From Alphaproteobacteria bacterium (GTDB taxonomy: Bacteria; Pseudomonadota; Alphaproteobacteria; SP197): 64,000 nt of DNA. Shown here in pieces: positions 8,151 to 16,540 of this stretch (position 1 is its first letter; the number at the start of each line of letters is the position of its first letter). The notes below the pieces were generated by a model. It had not been told where the DNA came from. It ran no database searches and worked only from the letters and a program-made list of their open reading frames with translations. The translations under genes were made by a program, and so were the position numbers. The stretch is taken from the NCBI GenBank assembly GCA_965228895.1, contig OZ245842.1, positions 3,328,001 through 3,392,000 on the forward strand, written 5' to 3'.

Positions 8151-8540
8151 ATGCCCGAGCCGTTGAGCCAGCCCAAAACCTGGACCCTTACCCTGCTGGA
8201 ACGCGAGTTGAAGGACGCGGCCGCCAGTCCGCCGCTGTCGCTGGCCCGCATGCGCGTGTTGCGCTGGCTGGCCGAGCTGGAACCGGGCGAGGCCGACATC
8301 CTGTGGGGCCGCGCCGTCGGCCTCACATGGACGGCGCTCGCCGCCGAGCGCGACGGCGTCAACGACCGCACCATCGCCCACCGCCTCTACCTGCCGGCGC
8401 TCGAACGGCTCAAGACCGCCGCGACGCTGGACGCCTTTGACCAGGTCGTCGCCGATTGCACCCACGCGCTCGTCACCGCCGGCGCACGGCTCGACCGGCG
8501 CTTCGACGCGCTTGACGATCAGACCGCTGACGCAGCCTAG
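8151..8540 (+). CDS. Second, divergent DUF6362-like protein
   Basis: VLRWLAELEPGEADILWGRAVGLTW..RTIAHRL..AL aligns by eye with AIPWLQLMDDDDARIAWARANRTPW..RTAQRRL..AL of 5073-5471; GGGAG RBS. Confidence 0.6.
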   Translation: MPEPLSQPKTWTLTLLERELKDAAASPPLSLARMRVLRWLAELEPGEADILWGRAVGLTWTALAAERDGVNDRTIAHRLYLPALERLKTAATLDAFDQVVADCTHALVTAGARLDRRFDALDDQTADAA

Positions 8541-8770
8541 CAAAGACGATGTGGCTGACCCAACTGAGGTCAGTTTAGCTCTTTGCTAGAGAATCGTTGG
8601 AACAATGCGAGCAATCAAAGAAAAACCCGGCTGAACGGGAATAGACTAGAGAATACGCCCTCCATACGATCAATCCATTGCGCATAATCCGGAAGAACTA
8701 CATCTAAATTGGGTATTATAGACTCAAAACTTCTCGCATAACGCGTATTACTGTTGCAGCATCATTCTTT

Positions 8771-9262
8771 ATGAACACTGCAACGTCAGAATATCCGCCG
8801 CTTCTCGCCCTCGGCTGGCATCCAATGACCATCGGTGGCCTTAGAACGCTCTGCGTTGATCAGATGCACTCGTCACTGACTCGTGCAAAGATCATGGACG
8901 GACTCGAGGCTGTTCTGGGTCAACTTAATTCAAGCGGCCTTAAAATGGAGATCTGGGTTGACGGAAGTTTTGTGACCAAGAAGCTGAATCCACAGGACGT
9001 GGATTTTGTTGCAAGGGTCGATGGCGCTGACTTTGACTCTGCATCACCTCAACAGAAGCAAATCTTGAGATGGTTGGCTAGCGACCTGAAGTCCCAATAC
9101 AAATGCGATACCTACTCGTTTATTGAATACGACAAGTCCCATTCCTTGGGCGAAGTCGGAGAATGGCATCGAGCCTACTGGCTAAGGCAGTTTGGTTTCA
9201 GCCGAAGTGTCAGAGCGAAGGGCCTTCCAGTGCTCACCCTCCCCTATGTTGTGATGCCATGA
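8771..9262 (+). CDS. Pol-beta superfamily minimal nucleotidyltransferase (DUF6932-like)
   Basis: YPPLLALGWHP N-terminus; IWVDGSFVTKKLNPQDVDFV (GS..DxD); candidate third acidic residue in CDTY; C-terminal W..QFGFSR..KG. Confidence 0.8.
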   Translation: MNTATSEYPPLLALGWHPMTIGGLRTLCVDQMHSSLTRAKIMDGLEAVLGQLNSSGLKMEIWVDGSFVTKKLNPQDVDFVARVDGADFDSASPQQKQILRWLASDLKSQYKCDTYSFIEYDKSHSLGEVGEWHRAYWLRQFGFSRSVRAKGLPVLTLPYVVMP

Positions 9263-10197
9263 CAGACATCGCACAAATTCTTCGAGATTTGCGGGATACC
9301 GAGGCAGAGCGACAGCGACTTCACGAACTCGCCCAGGACATGGCCGAGTACGAAGCCCTCGAAATCAACCTATTGTCATTGGAGAAACGTGAGAGATTAC
9401 TGAGAACCCAGTTTGAAGAAATCTCCGCTGTCGTCGATGAGAGCATCTGCGATTACAGGATTATCCCAGAACTACCTGATAGGTATCCACTTGCAGCTAT
9501 CGGCGCATGTTTGCAGAAGTTTCAAGAGCTCTTTTCGATTGTATTCGACGCTGTCAAGAACAAGCCAAAACTCCGAGCTCACATTTCGGCCGAAGTCCTT
9601 GACCAGTCCACCCTCAATTTCGGCTACGCATACAGTGGCTCACTCGGCTTTGCATTCACCGTTCCAAGCGAGAGACTCCTCCTAATCGAATCAGAGATCG
9701 ATATGGCCGCACGGCTATTTCTCTCCATTCTCAAATGTGAAAGCCCAGACGATATCAGGAAGCTGGTTCCAACTGTCGGAGTAGCGTCAATCACTCGCGC
9801 ATATGAACTCTCGCAGGTTCACGGCAGCTACGCATTCAATACTCAAGTGCAATGGAGAAAAGGCGGAGACGTAACTCACGATGTGATGATACACGCGGCC
9901 GATTTTGAGAGATTGAGAGCAATCATCGATGAGACGGGAGAAGAGGAAACAGAGACCTTCGAAATGACCGGCCGCCTTGTTGGATTGGACGTCGATACAA
10001 ACTATTTTCACATGACGTTTCCTGGGGCCGAAGATCTTAAGGGCAGCCTCTCAGACGGGTTCTTCGGAGGCTTGGCATTGTCGGTCCCCGGCCTGTATCA
10101 AGCCAATCTGATGCGAAAATGGAGGCTTCACTATTCTACGGGGCAAGAAGACGAGGATTGGATTCTTCTACAACTACGACCGATCTCGTCAAACTAG
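9259..10197 (+). CDS. Uncharacterised partner of the nucleotidyltransferase (coiled-coil N-terminus, beta-rich C-terminus)
   Basis: ATG 9259 overlaps the NTase stop (ATGA); 312 aa; lower GC than the flanks. Confidence 0.75.
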   Translation: MTDIAQILRDLRDTEAERQRLHELAQDMAEYEALEINLLSLEKRERLLRTQFEEISAVVDESICDYRIIPELPDRYPLAAIGACLQKFQELFSIVFDAVKNKPKLRAHISAEVLDQSTLNFGYAYSGSLGFAFTVPSERLLLIESEIDMAARLFLSILKCESPDDIRKLVPTVGVASITRAYELSQVHGSYAFNTQVQWRKGGDVTHDVMIHAADFERLRAIIDETGEEETETFEMTGRLVGLDVDTNYFHMTFPGAEDLKGSLSDGFFGGLALSVPGLYQANLMRKWRLHYSTGQEDEDWILLQLRPISSN

Positions 10198-10619
10198 CCA
10201 TTCAAGAGAAACTGTCGGCCACACTCTCTATAACTCGAACATGGTTTGGTCTGTTGTCTTCGGTCCCAACTAACATTGAACAGCCGAAGCCCCAGTGAGC
10301 ACTGAGGCAGCAACGGGCGAAAGCCGCAGCGGTGTGGTCAGCCTAGGAGTTCGCGAGAAATGCTTCCTGCCATTTCGGCTAACCGCAAAGACGCCGCAAT
10401 CACGCTTCTGACGTGGCGCTAGGCTAAACCTCTGCCCCCAGAGACTCACCTATCCGCAATAAGGTGTAACCCTTCGTAGTGCGCGACCTCTGAGCTGGGC
10501 TCGCTATCCTTTCTGTCGTTGAACGGCCCTTGCCAGGACGCCTCCGATAACCGGCAGGCATGGCAAGGATGCCGGGAAACACCGCGCGCAAGACGCGGTG
10601 ACCTGGGAGGAGAGACACC

Positions 10620-11108
10620 ATGGCGATGACAGAGCTCGCCGCGGCGACGCGGCGCGAACCCGATCCTTATGGCCTGAGCGGATGGCTGATCCTGGTCATC
10701 GTCTCGATCGTTGCCGGGCTCGCCTGGAACCTGTTTGTCCTCAAGGAAACCACAAGTTTGTTCACAGGCGCGGAGGCACAGGTCTTCCTGGCCGCCGCCG
10801 AGCCCGCGCACTATCAGCTCTCCATGTTGGAGATCTTCGTCAGCGGCTGCCTCGTCCTCGCCAACCTCGTCTTGATCGGCATCTTCTTCACCCGCCATCG
10901 CCAGTTTCCGGCCGCGTTCATCATGGTCGCGCTGTTCTCGGTCGCGTGGATCATCACCGACGCGCTGCTCTACCGGTCGATCTTTCCGTCCGACCCGCTG
11001 TTCGACGTCCGCAGCGCCCACGAGTTCGCCCGCGCCGCCGTCTTTGCGTTGATCTGGGTGCCCTACATGCTCGTCTCCAAACGCGTGAAGGCGACGTTCG
11101 TCCACTAG
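10620..11108 (+). CDS. DUF2569-like membrane protein
   Basis: GLSGWLIL N-terminus, about 4 TM helices, WVPYMLVSKRVKATFV C-terminus. Confidence 0.75.
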   Translation: MAMTELAAATRREPDPYGLSGWLILVIVSIVAGLAWNLFVLKETTSLFTGAEAQVFLAAAEPAHYQLSMLEIFVSGCLVLANLVLIGIFFTRHRQFPAAFIMVALFSVAWIITDALLYRSIFPSDPLFDVRSAHEFARAAVFALIWVPYMLVSKRVKATFVH

Positions 11109-11214
11109 AGCAGATCCCATTTTGATGGGATCTGCTCTACTCATAGATAGAGAACGGATTCACGTGGTGAGGTGGAACCGCTGAAGGGTTCCACCTCACC
11201 ACGATCAGCTCTAA
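11105..11214. repeat. CIR/RIME-like intergenic repeat, copy 2 (110 bp, inverted relative to copy 1)
   Basis: TAGAGCAGATCCCAT-TTTG-ATGGGATCTGCTCTA hairpin plus CGTGGTGAGGTGGAACC..GGTTCCACCTCACCACG hairpin; GATTC site; overlaps the TAG of the upstream gene. Confidence 0.85.
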
Positions 11215-11309
11215 CGCGACTTGCCTCATGGTGCGGTGCCGACACCCATGGACGCGGTGGCGTCCCGGTTGTTAGGTTCGCTTCATAGCGCACACACCGG
11301 GATTCCTTC

Positions 11310-13379
11310 ATGCGGCTGGCGGTCGATACGGGCGGCACCTTCACCGATCTTGTGATCGAGGACGATGACGGGCGGCTCAGTCTCTATAAGTCGCCGACCA
11401 CGCCGGCCAATCCGGTCGACGGCGTGATGCACGTGCTCTCCATCGCCGGCGACGACCGCGGCACCGGCCTGGAAGGGCTGCTCAGCGCGACCGATCTCTT
11501 CGTCCACGGTACCACGGTCGCGACCAACGCGGTGGTCACGGGTGCGACGGCGCGCACCGCGTTCCTAACAACCGCCGGCCACCCGGATATCCTGACCTTG
11601 CGTGAGGGCGGGCGCATCGGCCTGCCGCTGTTCGACTATACGATCCCCTACCCCGAACCCTACATCCCGCGCGCGCTGACCTTCGAAATCCCTGAGCGTA
11701 TCGGGCCGGACGGCGCGGTCCTGACCCCGCTCGACGACGACACTTGCATCGAAATCATCGAACGAATCCGCGAGGCCGAGGTCGAGGCGATCGCGGTCTG
11801 CCTGCTCTGGTCGATCGTCAACCCGATCCACGAACACCGGCTGGAAATGCTACTGCGCAAACACCTGCCCGGCCCCGCCGTCAGCCTGTCGCACCGTGTG
11901 AACCCGTCCTTGCGCGAATACCGGCGCGCCTCGTCGACCGCCATCGACGCCTCGCTCAAACCGCTCATGGCGGCCTATGCACGCGAACTGGCGAGCCGGT
12001 TGAACGCCGCCCAGTTCGCCGGGCGCGCGCTCTTCGTCACGTCGCAAGGCATGACACGCGATCTCGCCGACGTCGCGGCCAACCCTATCCACACGGTGAA
12101 GTCCGGTCCCGCTATGGCGCCGGTCTCAGGCCGTCACTACGCCACGCTCGACGGCAACGCGCCGATGGCGATCGTCGCCGATACCGGCGGCACCACCTAT
12201 GACGTCGCCCTGGTGCGCGACGGCCTGATCCCGGAAACCCGGGAGACCTGGATCGGCCAACCCTATCTCGGCCACATGACCGGCTTTCCCTCCATCGACA
12301 TTCAAAGCGTCGGCGCCGGCGGCGGCTCGATCGCCTGGGTCGACGGCGGCGGCCTGCTTCATGTCGGCCCGCAAAGCGCCGGTGCTGATCCCGGTCCCGC
12401 CTGTTATGACCTCGGCGGCGACGAGGCGACGGTGACCGACGCGGCGGTCGTGCTCGGCCTGATCGATCCGGAGTTTTTTTTGGGCGGCAGCATCACGCTC
12501 GACACCGCACTGGCGCGCCATGCCGTCAAACGTCATGTCGCCGGGCCGCTCGGTCTGCCGGTCGACGAAGCCGCGCTCGCGATCTTCGCGCTCGTCAACG
12601 AAACCATGGCCGGCGCCATCGAGGACATCACGGTCAACCAGGGCGTCGACCCGCGCGATGCCGTCCTGATCGGTGGCGGCGGCGCGGCCGGCCTCAACAG
12701 CGTCGCCATCGCGCGCCGGCTTGGCTGTCGCTGCGTCATCTTTCCCGACACCGGCGCGGCGCTCAGCGCCACCGGCGGTCTGTTGTCGCCGCTCAGCGAT
12801 GACTTCTCGACCTTCTTTCCGGCGCGCTCGTCGGCGTTCGACAAGACGAGCGTCAACGCCGGCCTCAAGCGGCTCACCACGCTCGCCGAAGGGTTCGCCG
12901 CCAAGGCCGGCGCCAACGCGAACCCGCGGATCGACTACAGCGTCGAAGCCCGTTACGCCCAACAGATCTGGGAGATCAAGGTGCCGCTGACGGTCTCCCG
13001 CTTCTTGTCGAACGACGATGTCGTCAACCTGTGCAACGCGTTCCATGCGCTGCATCGTGAGATCTTTGCCTTCGACGACCCGTTGGGTGAGATCGAGTTC
13101 ATCAACTGGCGCGCCACCGTCGCCTGCGACCTGCGCGACAAACCGGTCGGCCAGCTCGATGGCGCGGACGGCGCCAAGGCGGGCGTCCACGAACGCACCG
13201 TCGTGTTCCCCGGGCCCAACGTCCTGACCGTGCCGATCCACCGGTTTGAGGCGCTCGCCGTCAACGACGACCATGGCGGCCCGGCGATCGTCGAGACGCC
13301 CTTCACCACCATCGTCATCGACCCGGGCACCCGCTTCCAGCGCACGGAGTCCGGCAGCCTGGTCGTGCTGATCGATTAG
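11310..13379 (+). CDS. hyuA: Hydantoinase A/oxoprolinase family, ATP-binding subunit
   Basis: VDTGGTFTD, HGTTVATNA, SGPA, DTGGTTYD and GAGGGSIA..GPQSAGADPGPACY motifs. Confidence 0.92.
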   Translation: MRLAVDTGGTFTDLVIEDDDGRLSLYKSPTTPANPVDGVMHVLSIAGDDRGTGLEGLLSATDLFVHGTTVATNAVVTGATARTAFLTTAGHPDILTLREGGRIGLPLFDYTIPYPEPYIPRALTFEIPERIGPDGAVLTPLDDDTCIEIIERIREAEVEAIAVCLLWSIVNPIHEHRLEMLLRKHLPGPAVSLSHRVNPSLREYRRASSTAIDASLKPLMAAYARELASRLNAAQFAGRALFVTSQGMTRDLADVAANPIHTVKSGPAMAPVSGRHYATLDGNAPMAIVADTGGTTYDVALVRDGLIPETRETWIGQPYLGHMTGFPSIDIQSVGAGGGSIAWVDGGGLLHVGPQSAGADPGPACYDLGGDEATVTDAAVVLGLIDPEFFLGGSITLDTALARHAVKRHVAGPLGLPVDEAALAIFALVNETMAGAIEDITVNQGVDPRDAVLIGGGGAAGLNSVAIARRLGCRCVIFPDTGAALSATGGLLSPLSDDFSTFFPARSSAFDKTSVNAGLKRLTTLAEGFAAKAGANANPRIDYSVEARYAQQIWEIKVPLTVSRFLSNDDVVNLCNAFHALHREIFAFDDPLGEIEFINWRATVACDLRDKPVGQLDGADGAKAGVHERTVVFPGPNVLTVPIHRFEALAVNDDHGGPAIVETPFTTIVIDPGTRFQRTESGSLVVLID

Positions 13380-13470
13380 TCTCGTCGAACGGGGTGCGTT
13401 GCCGTAACCTGACCACAGAACAGCCGAAGGAAGAGAATCGAGCGCAACTGATCGAACGGGGAGATTGGCC

Positions 13471-14238
13471 ATGTGGGCAATCCGCGCAAGCTTGGGTCTT
13501 GCGGTGTTGGTGATGTTTGCTACCTCGAGCGCGGCAGAAGAATGTGTCGAAGCGGTCCAGGGCCGGATTGCCTGGGACTATGACGGAAACACGGTATGGG
13601 AGCCGGACAATATCCGCCGCCTTTGCCGCGGGGCTGAATCAATTGAACCTGCCATGTGCTTCCTGCGCGTCATGCATGGCGGCGTGAGTTATGGCGGCGG
13701 CGTCAATTGGCGGTGGCAAAACGCCATCGACCTGTGTGAACAGTCCGCCGATGCGACGCGGACGGTCGAATGTTTCCAGCGGCAGCTTCAAGATGGCCAA
13801 CGTTGGCAGGACGCTATCCCGGCCTGCGACGAGCGCGTCGCCTGGTTGGACGTGATCGATGACGGCGGTGGCGGTGACGGCGGTGGCGCGATCGTGCGCC
13901 GCGTCCTGCCCGACGGCAAAGTGGAGTCACGGTTTCCCGATGGGACCATTCGCTTGGACTATTCGGGTGGCTACACCATCATCACCCCCGACGGCCAAGA
14001 GCAGATCTTTCTTTTCCAGGACGTCCAAGGCGCGACGCCACCAAGCACGCCTCCGGACTCCGCCCATGAAAATTGGCTGGCCCAGCAGAACGAGAGCCTG
14101 CTGATCATCATCACGACCTTGGTCGGCAACGACGAGGCATCGGTGAACAATTACGTGGCCAACGAAAGCGCGGACCTGTCGGCCTATCAGCGCATGAACA
14201 GGCATATCGACACGATCGATTTGCTCGTTCGTCCGTAG
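13471..14238 (+). CDS. Secreted Cys/Trp-repeat hypothetical protein
   Basis: Signal peptide; repeated C..W...N...LC units; PDG beta-hairpin repeats; GGGAG RBS. Confidence 0.65.
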   Translation: MWAIRASLGLAVLVMFATSSAAEECVEAVQGRIAWDYDGNTVWEPDNIRRLCRGAESIEPAMCFLRVMHGGVSYGGGVNWRWQNAIDLCEQSADATRTVECFQRQLQDGQRWQDAIPACDERVAWLDVIDDGGGGDGGGAIVRRVLPDGKVESRFPDGTIRLDYSGGYTIITPDGQEQIFLFQDVQGATPPSTPPDSAHENWLAQQNESLLIIITTLVGNDEASVNNYVANESADLSAYQRMNRHIDTIDLLVRP

Positions 14239-14248
14239 ATGGGGCCCG

Positions 14249-14818
14249 ATGATGTTCAGACGAACCATGACCACCATACTTGCGGCGCTGATTGGCCTCA
14301 GCGTCGCCGGATCAGCGCTGGCGCAAGAGTCGGAGACGGAGGGCGGCAGCCTTCCGCCTCTCGAAGAGCGTTTGGAACGGTTGAACCAGGTCGGTAGCCA
14401 GGGTGGTGCCGGCGAAGACCTCGCGCTACCCGACCCTCCAGCCGCCGGTTTCGCTTCGGAGGAAACCGACGCGGCCTATCAAAGTGCGCTTCAGGCCTAC
14501 TACACCTATCGCGAAGCCGGTTACGCGCACCGGCTTGGTGTCTTCGAGTGGCAGGACGTGTCGTCGAAGATCATATTTGTCGTCGTGATCGTGCTGGTTT
14601 TTGCCGGCATTTACTTCGCCGCCATTCAGTTCCATGTCGGCTTGAGGCGCCGCGAACAAACAGGTGCGAAGGACGAGCCGGAGGCCACCGAGTTCGTGTT
14701 TTCGCTGAGCGAGTTCAAGGTCAAGTCGCCGGTGTTGGGCGTCATCGTGCTGACCATATCGCTCGCCTTCTTCTATCTCTATCTCGTCTACGTCTATCCG
14801 ATCGTGAACGTTTTCTAA
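14249..14818 (+). CDS. Hypothetical membrane protein with signal peptide and 2 TM helices
   Basis: ALA-Q signal peptide; two hydrophobic helices; starts 10 bp after the previous gene. Confidence 0.7.
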   Translation: MMFRRTMTTILAALIGLSVAGSALAQESETEGGSLPPLEERLERLNQVGSQGGAGEDLALPDPPAAGFASEETDAAYQSALQAYYTYREAGYAHRLGVFEWQDVSSKIIFVVVIVLVFAGIYFAAIQFHVGLRRREQTGAKDEPEATEFVFSLSEFKVKSPVLGVIVLTISLAFFYLYLVYVYPIVNVF

Positions 14819-14951
14819 CGACACGGGCCCCCATGCGCGAAAGTTTGAATCGCGTTCAGACCCGCTGGCTACCTGGTCCTGGTCTCTGATTTCGTTGCCT
14901 CTACTCGTCGGACGTGCGAACTACAGGCGCGCATGTCAGGAGTTCTTTTTC

Positions 14952-15731
14952 GTGAGCCCAGCAAACTTTGATTCCTACGTCATCTGCACGTCACCACGCA
15001 GCGGCAGCACGCTTCTGTGCACGCTCCTGCGTGCAACGGGCGTTGCCGGTAACCCGGAGTCATACTTTCATAACCCCTCGCTCTCGGAGTGGCGGACCGA
15101 AGTCGGCCTACCGGCGGAATCTTCGGCGCCGGAACGGGAAGCCTTGCGTGAAGTCTTCCGCGCCGTCATCCAAGAGGGCAGCCTCGACACCGGCATATTC
15201 GGGCTGCGCCTGCAGCGTCACAGCTTCGACTATTTCACGCAGAAGCTTGCCGTCCTTTACCCCGAGCCCTCAACCGATCGTCAGCGGTTCGAAGCCGCTT
15301 TCGGGCGCACGCTGTTCCTGCACCTGACACGCGAGGACAAGGTCGAGCAGGCCGTTTCGTACATGAAAGCGCAGCAGTCGGGTTTGTGGCACCAGGCGCC
15401 CGACGGTTCCGAACTGGAACGCCTTTCACCGCCACAAGAGCTTCGCTACGACAGCAAACAGATTCAGGCGCAGATTGACGACATGCAAGCCATGGATGCC
15501 GCCTGGATCAACTGGTTTGCGCGGGAAAACATCGAGCCGCTGGGCGTGACCTATAAGGCGCTTTCCGCTGACCCCGCAGGCGTACTGCAAACCGTGCTGG
15601 CCCGTCTCGGTCTCGATCCCGACAAGGCCAGCGGCGCCGAACCCGGCGTTGCGAAGCTGTCTGATCAAACGAACCACGATTGGGTAACGCGCTTCCGCAC
15701 CGAACAGCCTGACAACGAGGCTCGTGATTAG
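14952..15731 (+). CDS. Stf0/NodH-like sulfotransferase
   Basis: ICTSPRSGSTLL (5'-PSB) and LTREDKVEQAVS..A..SGLWH motifs. Confidence 0.88.
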   Translation: MSPANFDSYVICTSPRSGSTLLCTLLRATGVAGNPESYFHNPSLSEWRTEVGLPAESSAPEREALREVFRAVIQEGSLDTGIFGLRLQRHSFDYFTQKLAVLYPEPSTDRQRFEAAFGRTLFLHLTREDKVEQAVSYMKAQQSGLWHQAPDGSELERLSPPQELRYDSKQIQAQIDDMQAMDAAWINWFARENIEPLGVTYKALSADPAGVLQTVLARLGLDPDKASGAEPGVAKLSDQTNHDWVTRFRTEQPDNEARD

Positions 15732-15808
15732 AAGGGCAGCTTCGATTCGATAGCCCGGCACCTCACAGCACCGTCAATTTTCCTACTATATTTCAAAGAC
15801 TTGCACGA

Positions 15809-15830
15809 TGCTGCCAGCAGGGTGGCAGCA
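15809..15830. promoter_or_regulatory. Palindrome upstream of the GST gene, candidate WYL/YafY operator
   Basis: Perfect TGCTGCCA-N6-TGGCAGCA just downstream of TTGCAC (15801-15806). Confidence 0.6.
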
Positions 15831-15879
15831 GGGTGTTGCTATCCCCACGCACCCCGCCACCCCGACAGAGGAAGCAGCC

Positions 15880-16488
15880 ATGATAACGCTCTATCACAAC
15901 CCCTATTCCCAGCATTGCCGTCGTGTCGTCGCGCTGATGGAAGAAGCCGGCCTCGACTACGAACTCGTTCATGTCGCCCTCGACAAGGGCGAACACTTTG
16001 GCGATGCCTTCACCGCCATCAACCCCAACCATCAGGTGCCCGCGCTGGTCGACGGTGACGTCACGATCTTCGAATCCAATGCGATCCTCAGGTACCTCTG
16101 CGCCAAGCACGGCCTGACCGATTGGTATCCCGACGACACCGCTCAACGCGCGGCGGTCGACCAGTGGCTCGACTGGAATCAGAGCCGCCTGTCGCCCAAT
16201 GTCATCAACATCGTGCTGAACAAGGTCTTCATGGGCGATCAAGGCGACAAGGCAGCAATCGCGCGCGGCGAACAGGCGATGCCTGAACTGGGCGCGATCC
16301 TGAACGCCGGCCTCAACGGCCACGACTACCTGGCGGGCGATCGGCCGACCATCGCCGACCTTTCGGTTGCCTCCAACATCGCGCAACTCGGTTTTGCCGA
16401 CGCGGTGCCCGACCAACCGAAACTCGGCCAATGGTACGCCCGCGTCAGCGCGCTGCCGGGATTCCAAAAATCGATGCCCAGCGCCTAA
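15880..16488 (+). CDS. Glutathione S-transferase family protein
   Basis: INPNHQVPAL..IFESNAILRYL and YLAGDRPTIAD motifs. Confidence 0.92.
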   Translation: MITLYHNPYSQHCRRVVALMEEAGLDYELVHVALDKGEHFGDAFTAINPNHQVPALVDGDVTIFESNAILRYLCAKHGLTDWYPDDTAQRAAVDQWLDWNQSRLSPNVINIVLNKVFMGDQGDKAAIARGEQAMPELGAILNAGLNGHDYLAGDRPTIADLSVASNIAQLGFADAVPDQPKLGQWYARVSALPGFQKSMPSA

Positions 16489-16540
16489 AGACCTTCGCGA
16501 TGGGGCCGGGCCGCAAAACGGTCCGGTCCAATTGCGTGCG

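Larger units (their letters stand above)
5073..10197. mobile_element. Cryptic or domesticated prophage remnant (immunity + replication module) with lower-GC cargo; boundaries approximate
   Basis: CI-like repressor with operators, divergent wHTH/GcrA-like/replication/DUF6362-like genes. No integrase, terminase or capsid genes and no clear att sites. Confidence 0.75.

Noticed and set aside
5000-10620. attL/attR sites, integrase or tRNA target for the phage module
   Set aside because: No long direct repeat, integrase or tRNA found by eye; an active prophage or PICI call is unsupported.
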